A stretch of 64,000 nt of DNA from assembly GCA_047495785.1 (NCBI GenBank), contig JBLDXI010000040.1, positions 310,001 through 374,000 of the forward strand, given 5' to 3'. Source of the DNA: Lepidodermella squamata (taxonomy: Eukaryota; Animalia; Gastrotricha). The translations under genes and the position numbers were made by a program. The notes under the pieces were generated by a model. That model was not told where the DNA came from. It searched no databases and saw nothing but the letters and a program-made list of their open reading frames with translations. Below are positions 13,401-25,300 of the stretch, piece by piece (the first letter of the stretch is position 1; every line of letters begins with the position of its first letter).

Positions 13401-14983
13401 TAGACTGTCAACACGTCATTTTCTTCGATAGATTGTACGCTGGTGACGCGGCTCGGCTTGGGCCCCGGCAGATATCGATTTCAAGCTGACATTGGCGATA
13501 AATCGTTCGAAGCTGATTGTATCTATCTGCCTAACAGCGTTTGCAACGCGACTTGCATTGGTGGCCTACTTAAGCCTACGGAGAGTAATTTTTCCATCTG
13601 ATGACTCATTTTAATCTCCAACGACTTTTTATCAGTGGTAATGGTATTTCATCGCCGAACCGGTATAGGTCTTTAAAATCTCATAATGTCTAATTATAAT
13701 AAAAGTCATTATTTTAGGGTTAGTCGACTGGAATTACGGAAAAATGATGTACCAAGACTATAAATGGGGTAAGATCGAATTGATCCAATAATGGCTATAG
13801 AATTACCTTAAATCTTGCTCCAGGATTCGGGTCGAAAACCAACTCAACGCAATGGCTCGGTTTGGAATGGGCCAACCGCTTAATATCGAACTATTTGATT
13901 GCAACTTCAGCGGACAAGACAAACTGCTTGAAAGTGGAACCTCTCAACAGCACTACGTCATTTCTTGTTATTTCGAACCCAACCAGCAATGCCGCGTGTT
14001 CTCGCTTTGTTTCTAGGCAAGGCAAGGTGAGGATTCAGATAAATTGCCGATCTTACAACTTGATCATTACATCTTTTCGCAAGCTATTCCTGAAAAGTCG
14101 ATCCGTATGCTTGTGTCACGATGCTATGACTGATTATGTGGTCACATGTGGTTGCAACTACTACCTGTCGCGAAAATTCTACTTCGACGAGTACATCAGC
14201 CGTGTCGTTGAACGCTACGACCCACCTTGGTCTGACGGAACTCGCAGATGGTCCGGCAATGGGCAAATCAGAACGCCTGTTTCTGCTACTCCGGCTAAAA
14301 CATACGATGACGGTCTAGCTTTGGTTAAAATCCCATGTAAGTGGACCTATATGACTTTCAACTTGCTGCACATTCAGCTTTTTCTATGACAGCAACTTGG
14401 TCCATCCTTATGCAAATGGAATCATTAGCCGGTAGAATGGGCGGCTTGGTTTTCAAGGATTGTTATCTCGACAACGAAATCAATAGCTATAGAATTGCCT
14501 GTGCCTCCACATCGAATGTTAGTTTCACATTTCCAAAGGAAAACAAAAACAAAAACTCTCACTGCTGTTTTTCAGTCACAGTCAACTTACGCGCCAAGTG
14601 GAATGACCAGTGGAGCCTTGGCTCTAGAACTGCCTTTCTTAGCCCAGGACCGGCCGTCCAACTCGGCGACATTCGGCGGAGGTTCCTGGATGACTAACAA
14701 CACGCTCACTGGCTTGGTGTGTTTCACTTGCATGACACCGTGAGCTTTTCAGCAAGCGAGAGGTGGTTGTGACCTTGTGATACTGTTTTATCAGTGATTC
14801 CTATGGGATAAATGGCTTTTCAACGGCGAGCAACTACAGCGGAGCTTCGTTGATTGTGCTGCACACATTGGCCTGATCAAATACCTAACCCTGCAAGCAA
14901 TGAATAAGATTATAAAAGAGCTATCGAGCTCAACTGCGTGCCAAGCGAGAGCGAAGCCTATAAATATCTTTCACGTAGCTTGA
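10460..14983 (+). CDS. Secreted mosaic protein: 2 EGF, ConA/L-lectin-like beta domain, 2 EGF, PAN/apple, divergent fibrinogen-related domain
   Basis: Signal MTISITLLAVSAFIPPILAQ. EGF repeats CMNGGTCIAANTCKC, CTAPNVCSC, CYCKQGWMGVDC and CTNGGTCIGPGICKCPKGRTGDDC. PAN motif CLYTC..CRSASYNPSNSTCWLN. FReD-like motifs YQDYKWGFG..QWLGLEWANRL and PFLAQDRPSN..GGGSW. The 3' end is uncertain. Confidence 0.75.
11057..11838 (+). mobile_element. Non-autonomous Mutator-like (MULE) element in an intron
   Basis: TIRs of ~110 bp (ggttaccctcacttgcgc.. / ..gcgcaagtgagggtaatt) and flanking direct repeat caatcgagag (11047-56 and 11839-48). The internal fragment KKYREINNEITTLKLLF..YEHLDKLAGFI resembles the C-terminus of animal MULE transposases. 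Confidence 0.8.
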
Positions 14984-16346
14984 ACTAATCATATCTTCTC
15001 ATTTCTGCTATAACCTATAACTCTGATCTGGGATGAAACAAATAGATTTCCGATTTTCGTGCTTGAACCGGATTCCGCGACTCCATTTTCTGCATCACCT
15101 ATATTTAAGATTGGGTTTGCAGGGGTTTTTGAATCATACATCGCAATTTCATTTTTCATTCCGTAACATAAATCAACATTTCTGATAAAAGTTCGGGTGA
15201 GGTTGGGTTTGTCGTAATAGGTCAAGGTTTCTAGGGTTAGGTTATTTTTAGAGCGAGGCATTATAAAGATATTCTTTCCCAGAAACCTGGAGAACAATGA
15301 AAGGTCGCGGAATCTGGGTATATTCATGTATACCACTTGTGGTATAATTATATTACAGTGAACCAAATTAGTTTGAGCTTTGCTTTCCCTTGCTTTGCTT
15401 ACAATTTTAAATTATTTCTTTCACCGCTGATTAAAGCTGTGTGTGATTACTGAATGCTGAATGGGCGAAGAAAATATACTCCAAGCCTATTTTCTGATAT
15501 ATTTTTCTTTCGGTGAGTAATAAAATTTTATGTAGGCCTGAAATCTGTTGTAATACCTATACATATTTCGTAGCGATGGGGACAAATTGGTGTGGTGAAA
15601 TGACATGTGACATTACATGCAAGCTCGCCCTAGGTAGGGCTGGGTGTGTATGGTAAAATACGCAGCAGAAATCAGTTAGTGAACGGGAGCAGTATGTCTT
15701 TTCCTGTATGTGTATGTGATCACTCGCCTGAGAATGAGAAAAGAAAGACACGAGTTTGTGGGAAGATCTGTACCTACAATTTTCAGATTGCCCATATACT
15801 CAAGGTTTTTTACCTTATACCGCCTTTGTTTTTGTATGCCAAAGTGGCCCCGAAACAAGATGCGGCTTCTTCCGAACTCCAACAGGTCATCATTTGAAAG
15901 CGGATGTCGAAACAAGAGACAATTCTGAATTGATCCATTTTTTATTTCAAGCATATCACGTATTCAGTTGATTTCAATTAGTATGACAATAAATATAATA
16001 TAGTAATCTATCATTTTCAATTATTACTATGGAGATGAGAGGTTATTATCAATACAGGTATTACATTATTATTATTACTGTCGCTGAAATTTCACAAAAA
16101 AAGCGAGAGGAGCAAAGCGAAGCGGAATGTTGTATGCGACACTAGATCGACCAAAAAAACGACATCAAGCAAAAATTTGTAAAAACGCAACAAATTAAGA
16201 AAAATCGCGATTATTATACTGCATAACATTATAAAATGAGATCGAGCATGTACTGCATATGAAAAGCTGTATATAATGCTAATTTTTATTATTGTAGCAA
16301 ATTATTTAAGGTGGAAAACCACAACAAGTGCCCGTGCAAAACTGCT

Positions 16347-19300
16347 TCAACTTTTCGTCGGCGCAACAACGATATTTTTATCCGGAAGCGGTGTGGTGCG
16401 ATTGGCGGCGTAACTGCGCGGCGGTTTCGCGTCTGTCATGCCGTATCCACGTTGTAAATTCGACCGAACCTGATGCAAAACCTCCTCGTGGCTCGACAAT
16501 TTACTGTAAATCGACGTTTCAGCAACCTCTTTCGCGCGATTTCGCTGCTCGAGCCTATCCTGCATAGCGCGTAACAGCCGCTCAGCCGCCTCGTATTTAC
16601 CCTTCCAATTCGTGACCTGATCAATCAGCTGCGTGTTCTCACTCAACAGTTCAACATCTACAAATTTGCCTCTTGCATTTGTGGGTGGGAGTTGGTTTAT
16701 TGAAAATTGCTGTGTTAATTGTTTCTGCTGGTTCAGGCAAACTCGTAACTCACTCGCTGATAGCTGCAGCTCTTTCAAATGCAACGCCTCTGATGCGGCA
16801 AGGGCCTGAACTGCTGGCGATGATGGCCCATGTGTTTGTTGCTGCTGGTGGACTAAAACTGCTAGACGGGCTTTAACCTTATTTTCGAGGCTACGCAGCA
16901 CCGAAAAACTCTCCTCGATTTCGCGTTTTAAATGTTCAAATTCCTCAAGCCGGCCTACTGCGAATAGCGTACCGGCTGATGCGCTGCTTTGAAGGTTGCG
17001 CACGTCAGAACTTGAACTTCTCGCGTTCACTGGTGAGGTTGAAATTGGGGAGGTGGCGGCGTTTTGCCCGCGGGATCTGTGATTCCCGCTGTATGATGTG
17101 TTAATGCGTTTGTTTTGCTGTTGTTGTTCGTGTTGCTGTGATGTGGATGAGTTAAGGTTGTGTAAGGCCTCAGTTGAGCCGTATGTCCTCCGCGCGAAGC
17201 TTGACGAGTAAAGGTTAGAGCTGTTTGTTGATGTAACGTGTTGGTGGTGGTAATGTTCAGGTGGGGAGTAGTTTCTGACCGGTGAGACAGATAGTCTCGA
17301 GCAGGATCCTACTCGTTCCATTGATCCTAAAAATTGGAAAAACACGATTAATCAAGGGTTAATCTAAAATTAAGAGATAAAATCGAAAAAATTTCAAAGT
17401 TTCAGGTCAAGTCAGTTCATAGGGGCTCAGTTTTTGCTGTTTTACAGAGACTTTAAAAATATGTCGTATTTTCCTAAAACGCCCTCTGGGATCGGAATTG
17501 TGCTGATTTTCGAAACAACATTAAGCATTATGTGGAACCAAAATTGCGATGGTAAATGAGCCAGCTGAGAAAATTTGAAAGTTTCTAGCATTATATCGAG
17601 AATAATCAGAATTTGAATAAATTATTAAAATTTAAAAAGATAAAATTTAATTTATTACAAAAACGACTTCCTTGCAGCCAAAAATTGGTTCCGTGAATTA
17701 GGATTTTTCCGGAGCAAAATCATGGAGAAAATCAGCTCAAATTAATTTGAACACTACTTTCGATGGCACCCCATTCCCAAGGTTATAATTTATTCCATTC
17801 AACCAAATAAGCCGGAAAATTCTAAAAAAGGCTTTTAAATAGAATTGTTAAATAATAAGCATTTTGGATTTAAAAAAATGTAGGAGAAATATTTCAGTAC
17901 CGTAATTTATCGAATAGTATCCAACCTCAAATAATAGAAAAAATCGTTATAACTCATCCTAGATGAAAATTTCTGAAACAAATTTTTAAAATTCGCCGGA
18001 ATTCTGAACGGTCTGATTTAAGAGCAATTAACTAAAGAACCAAGGAATTAAGAATTACTAAAACTGATGACGGAAATCTCAATTTTGTACCAATTCTTTC
18101 ATAACGAGATACAATGATTTAGAGCCAAAATGATGGCCTGTTTCCAGAAAAAACCATTGGGCTTACTGTGAAAATAAGGTATATTTAGCAAAATAGCTCT
18201 AAAAACATTAGAAAAATACATGTAAGTGAGCTATTTTTTCCACTCAAATACACAAATATTTACGCATCATTCCACTCATTTCCGGTTTTTTCATGACTGA
18301 ATAGCCTCAAATAAGTAATGCATACACGAATTGAAATCGAGAACGGCCTAATTCTTACAATTTTCAAACTTTTCGAAATTTCTATAAAATTGAAAAATGT
18401 CTAAAATATGCAAAAAATCTTACCAAGTTTGTCATTGCCCAATTTCGCATTTCTCGAGTTGCTTTTGCTGACACTGAGATTATCGTTGTACTCGGCCACG
18501 CTCGGCGCTCCGTCAGAACCAGGCGGCGAATTCAACTCCATCCGGCCATTATTATTGCCACTAGACAGCGCATGGCCTTGCCGCTCCAGCGACGAATCAC
18601 TCGCGATGTGAAGCGGCCTGGCCGTAGACGAAAGCGCAGCCTCCGAGCTGGACGACGCTAAATTCGGCCCAGCGACCTGCTCCTCGAGTTTCGACTTCAA
18701 CGCCGAATTGGTTTGAATCGCGCGTTGCAGCTGGTCTTTCAGCGTTTGAATTTCAGCGAATAACTCGCTCATTTCAAATTTCGCCTGCTGCGAATCGGCG
18801 GCCGCGCTGCTGACTGCTGTTTGCGACGGCTGCGGATGTTGCTTTTGATGATGGGCGGATGGCGCTGCGCTGTTGTTGTTATTGTTATTATTATTATTTT
18901 GGGGCGGTGATGTGTTGTTATTCGATGAGTTAATACTACTGCAATTGCAGTGACGGCATGGCGATACGCTCTCAGCTCTTCGGCCACCTAGTGAAATAGA
19001 AAAAAAAATGGAAAAATTATAATATTATTATTAGGTATATGCGAAATTTGACGGGGTAAAAATTGCTGAATAAATAATTTGACAGGCTGGAGAGCTTAGG
19101 TAAACAAATCATCATATTATAATGCGATACGATACGATAAGAGAAATCGATTACAATTAAATTTATAGAAAAATTAGGAAAAAAAATAAGAAGAAATTCA
19201 TTTTTCGAATAATTTTGAAAATCTTCTCGAAATCTTGCGGAATTCTTAACTTAATTAATTTTAAAAATTGAAATTCAGGGCTCAAGAAAAATTTGTGCAA

Positions 19301-22300
19301 AAAATGCTGATTAATGTGGGTTTGGCAAATATGGCGAGTAAATTTCAATTTTTTCATGATTAAAACCTCACTGCCAACTACCGTAAACTACAGTATAGAG
19401 GCCGCGGCGATTAATTTTCCTGATTTTTCAGAAAGGGGTGAAAAATGCGGCGATTATTCAGGTGCGGCGATTATTCGAGTGCGGCCTTTATTATCTTGAA
19501 TTTTCAGCCGTCACGCTGAACTAGCAGTTTATTCACTATTAACGGGTGTAACAGGTGCGGATTTTAGCAGGCGGATTTTACTGTAATCAAGATGCGATGC
19601 GATGCAGCTAGCGCGATGAGTTTACATATTCGCTAAGAAGTGCGGATAATCCGTCTACTCGGAGTCACCCCAGGTGTTTCATTGAGGGTGACTGCTAATC
19701 GCTATTAAGGAGTGCGGCGATTATTCGCGCGCGGCCTTTATTATTGCCAAATTGTTGAAAATGGGGTGTTTTTGCGGGGATTATTCGCGCGCGGCCTTTA
19801 TTATTGCCAAATTGTTGAAAATGGGGTGTTTTTGCGGGGATTATTCGAGTGCGGCCTTTATTTAGGATGCGGCCTTTATACTGTAGTTTACGGTATTTTT
19901 TATTCAAGATAGATCCATACGAAAACAGCGAAAACTTTTGTAAGAATGTTGGCAGGAGTTCACAATTTCAAGGTCAACCGGACTTCAAATATTGATTTAA
20001 ATTAACAGAAAGAGCCATCCGAGAGCGAAAATGAAGGTAAGAAACCGATTTAATCGAAGTATAAATAGGATAAACTACTTAGCTTCCTGGGCGAGAAGAA
20101 ACACTGTTTAGAATCGAAAAAATCGAATTTCAATTTTTGGAGTAATAAATTATCGAATAAATCAAATTCGATCCGAAGTTCGAAGCGAGATAGAAATGAC
20201 TTCTATTTTGTTTGAAAAAGAAATGTTGAAAAATTCGAGTACCACTTGGTTGATGTTGATTAGTAAGAGAATAATTCAAAAAAATCTGGATTCGATGTTT
20301 TCAAATCGAGATTAGTCGTCACATTTGGAACCAGTAAACATTGGCAATAGCAAATTTTGAGAATATTAGGTCATTTCAGAGCTCTTCAATGAATTCTCAA
20401 GAAGGGTCAGTTTGGAGATTTTTCGAAGCGGCACTTCAGTACTTCGGCACTTTCAGGAATTCGGCATAATTAGTAAAAAAATTCCGCCCTGGTCAACTCT
20501 TGTCTAAAAGCATTGCTCGTAGAGTTCAAATCGGAAAATTGATACATAAAAAACGACCCCAGGGAAATAAATCAAAGCTAGACTAAAAAACGATGAAAAT
20601 GCGATTAAATGAGACCATATTAAAATGGGACAGCTCCAAATTTGGATTGAAATAGCGATTTTTTGAGCGCAACTGGTGATTTTGAGACGAGGTAGGGACA
20701 TTATTCTAGTATATTATATTTTCGACCGAAAATTGGGCAGAATAAATTAGGAATAATGTAGGTATACCTGGGTGGTGGGTGGTCGCTCAAGAAAAGCGCT
20801 ACCGGCCGCGGAGAGTCAGCTCATCAAACAACAAACACGCTGGTTCGGCGATGCGGTGCGGTGCGTCATCGTTTTGCAATAATAAGCATAAAATATTAAG
20901 GCGGACGGCTAGTACAGTTAAAGTCCTACCTTGCACGCGCAAACAACAAACAACACACGGAGACAAGCTATTTAAATAGTAATAATCGTCATTTATAACA
21001 TGCAAAATCGAACAGTGATATATAGCAGATGCCACTCCGCCTTAAAAATCGGTATAATAATATAGTATAGGACTAGCCGTGATCATTTTGTATGCAAAAT
21101 ATTGACGTGTCACAGGGCGAGTGTTTATCTAGGCGATAATACGGCTACTTGCGGCCAGGCAGCGTGGCTGCAGCGATCAGCCCGGCCCGCCTGCGACGCA
21201 CCGGTAGGTAAACAAAATACAGCCGGTATTACCACTGCCACCGGCGGCTACTTACTCAATATTCGATTTTTGCCATGGTAGTATATTATGTTAAATTTTT
21301 GGCGGTTATTTACGCGCGGGGAAAATTAACTTAATTAGCAATAAATAGGCCTTATTTTGATGTTTATGCCTTTCGATCACTTGAAAATATCAAGAAAATT
21401 ACCGGTGCAGACGATAAACATTATAATACCGTCATTTATTGACTCTGGACGAAAGTTTCCAACTTCTAGCCTATACACATTTTACTAATTGAAATAGGAT
21501 TAAAAATATGAGAGAAAAATCAGCGAACGAGTAAAAATTAAAAAATTCTGCATATATTCAATTTTCCAAATTTTACAGATTCTCATCGGTGAGAAGCAAA
21601 ATTTAGAAAAAAATACCACAAAAATCAGGAGATTTTCGTGGGTATCAGACACTTTTCGGATGCTATTTTCAGATTTAGTGAACAGATTTAATGGTTTTCG
21701 ACTTGATGTTAAGGAAAAATTCCGATCAAAACAAAAAAGTTGGAAGTTAACGAAAATAGCGTGATGGGTCTATTACTTATATGGGTCATTACCAAAATAA
21801 AAAATAAACAAGATAACCCATAATAAAACCCATAAGAAGTTGCTCATCACCTGAGAATTCGCGCTCGCAATGATTTTAATAAATAATCAAAAATGCAACA
21901 TATAATTTTTTGTAAATATTTTGAATGCGGCCTCAAATAGGTTCGAAAATGGGTTCGACTAGTTTATAAAAAAACGGACAAAAATATATCAAGATCGCAC
22001 AAAGAAAATTAGTTCAGATCATTTCAAACCGGATTAGGAAATACAAATTCCGGGACAATTGCCCGATTCACAAGTGACTTGATCAGGTAGATGCTCAAAT
22101 TTCTCGCCAATTTCTCTATAAAGGTGGCCCTTCACATGCTAAAGCCGACCACAAATTTGACCGCCAAAAGATCCCAAGAAATGATGAAAATATTGAAATT
22201 TTAATGAACGAAGGGAAAATAGCGCTTATTCGGAGTGAAATTTCGTAAAGTTTCACTTTTTTGAGAGTAAAAATTCAGTTTTTCTATAATATACCAGAAT

Positions 22301-25300
22301 CTCATTATGACGATATCGGCGCAGAAGTTAATTATAGGCAAATAAAAATGAGCAGGTAATTTTTAACAAGTGCCTACCTTGAATTGCGTTGCTGTTTGTT
22401 TTACTCCCACCCCCACCACTATTGGTGTTGTTTGCATTATTCGAGTGTTGGTGTTGGTGCTGGTGGTGGGATGGCTTAGAGCCAGTTCGGCGAATGAACC
22501 GCCGTTCGAGGGCGCGCACGTTGTCCTCGAGCGCGGCCGCGTCGCCGATGGCGCTCGTTAGCCGGCTGCCGAGCGTGCGCAGCGTCTTCAGGTCGCCAAT
22601 TAGCGACGACTCGGACTCGCTGCTGTTCGGCGAATCAGACGACGCCATCATGAAGCGATCGTTCAACGGCTGAAGTCTAAAATAAATAGTATACAAAAAT
22701 TATTAGAAAATAATGCAAGGAGCATAATACAAAAATAATTATGAAAAATTCTTAATCAAGTTTAATATTTGGGGACTTTAAAAATTGAATATAAAATCAT
22801 CGTCAACCGCAAAAATTTCGGTCACATTTTAAGGAGAGCAAATTCATGACAAATGCAAGCGATAAGTGGAAACGAGTGACAGCGCGGTGAGAGCTGTTGA
22901 TGTTAACTGAATTATTAATATCAGCTATTTTCGGCGGTTCGACGGCTATGGATAGAGCGTGCCGGAATAATGCGGCCAGAGACCGAAAGTCGAATAAGTA
23001 ATCGAGTAGAATTTGTTTATGGGCGAATTGAGTTTGCTTATTGCTATGCTTTTCAGGCACAATTTTTGAAGACGAAATCGTTCCAATCATCTCGTTAAAA
23101 TTCATAACTTCCACCGTGGCCAACAAACTTTTCCTTTCGCCAAACCAAATTTCAAAATTTTGATAAAAATGAATACTTAAAATGCTTCAGTGATTCAGAT
23201 AAATTACGAGTAAATCAAATTGATCGATAATTTTCTAAAAATATTCCTAATCACTCGGCCTAATAACCGACTCGATCTAAACATGGGAAAAAAAATTGAA
23301 AATCGTCCAACTTTAAGGAGGACGCATTTAGCTGAGAATATAGGATGACATGGCTACCTTTCAAAAGAAATAAAATAATCCGAGTAAAAATTCGATATCA
23401 AAGTTAAAATATCGATAATTACCTACCATAGGGTTTTGCTCCGATAAATTTATTCGGTGAAATGATGAGTGGATAAAAAAAATTGAAAATTCAATTAAAA
23501 CTCGGAGGAATCATCGAATTCGAATTTAGGCGCATTTTGTATTATATTAATTTTCTTGAAATTTTTGAAATTATTTATTGTTGTATCACAACCACCGAAT
23601 CTACAACATAGCTTTTGGCTGGACTAAAAATTGTTGAGGCGCGCGATTAGGTAGATTCGGTGGTTGTGATACAGAATTAAAATAATTTCCAAGAATTTCA
23701 AGAAAATTAATATAATGCAGAAATGCGCCTAAATGGCTAATGGGATAAAGACAAATTTTCTCAGAGGGATGCCGCCGGCATCATGCCGGAAACTCGGAAA
23801 ATTATAATCAATGTCATACAATGAAAAATTTCGAAAAAATTAAAATAACGCCTAAAAAATTCACGCAATGTTTTTTTACAAGAAATTATCTTCGTATCTT
23901 TAAATATTTTAGCTTAACAACTTATTTCAGCGACAATAAGCTCAATTTCGTGATGTTTTGAAAAAATTGAAAAATTAAGGTGGAAATTACGAAAATTGTC
24001 AAACCTAGCAGTGATGATAGCTTCGTAGATTTTCTGCTCAGTGAACAGCGACGAGCCAACAGAGCGAAGGCGGCCGAGGCGTTTCCACAATTTCGGCAAA
24101 TACTTGAAATAAAACACGCCGCAACAAATTAGGCCAACATAACAAATTGCTGCGATCACTCACCTTTTGCAAATCGCCGATAGGTTCATAGTCACCCGTT
24201 GTAGTAGTTGCCGGCTGATCTCTCCGCATAGTTACAACACTGGACGATCGAGATAGTGTAGTAGTAGTAGTCGTCGTAGTCCGGCCAGGTCCGACTTGGC
24301 TAGCATTAGATCGAGATCTCAGGCTGTTGTTGCTGCTGGTGCCTGGTTTCCGCTGCTCGCGTTGATTTCCGCTGCGCAAATCAGCGACCAGTTGCTCGAT
24401 AACGCGTTCTTTGTGCTCGATAGCGTGCCTAAACTCGGCATCCAACACGGAGCAGCGCGCGCAAATCGAAAGCAAACTTCCGGCCGCCAGCTCGCTTTGA
24501 GCCGCGTTCGTTTTAACAACGCAACGGAAGTCCCTCTTCAACCGCCGATATTTGTCTCGATACGCCTCGCAATTGCCACATTTATTTTCACTCAAAACAA
24601 CAGCAACAGGCGGCGATGTCGCATTATTACCCAACTCCAATCGATCACGCTCCGAGCAGGCGAGCGCGATTTCGCCGTTCAAAAATCGATGCGAGACTTC
24701 GAGAACGGCGATTCGCCGCTTCAACACGCCTAGGTTATCGCCGGCCTGGTCGCACGTCTTCAACGCGGCTTCCAACTCGTCGATTTTAGCCCGTAGCGCT
24801 GTTTCATCGTCCGATAATTGCAGGATATTTAGCAATTTCAGGAAATATTCCGTCAATTCTAGCCCGTCGAATTGCGTGAAATTTTCCGTTTTTTCATTTT
24901 CTAGCTGCTCGGTTTGAATTGTGGCGTTGTGTTTCAGGTCGCCTATTAGGGCTTTGAATTCATCGGTGACCTAGCGTTAAGAAAATATATAGCCACTTGA
25001 AGATTTCAAATGTCTCAATGACGTGAACTTTGCAACACTCATCGCGTTAATTTGACAACAAAATTGTGAATACCCGCACTTAAAAGTGACACCTTGATCA
25101 ATAAAACACGTAATTACGCTGTTTTAGAAGCTCAAGGCATCAAGTAATCAAAAGTATGTGAGTTTAAATGAGTTCAATTTAATTGAAATTTTAATTGGAA
25201 ATTTCGAAAATTTATTAAATTAAGTTGATAGTTAATGAAAAACTGGGCCCAACCGATTATTTTACCAAAAAATACCAAACCAGTCACCATCGGGTTTTTT

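Noticed and set aside
14989-15971. Short ORFs between the convergent genes
   Set aside because: No homology cues or splice structure; probably 3' UTR or repeat sequence.
19695-19912. ORFs with repeated peptides, or a CRISPR-like array
   Set aside because: These are 60-bp tandem repeats inside a MITE, with no unique spacers, in a eukaryotic context.
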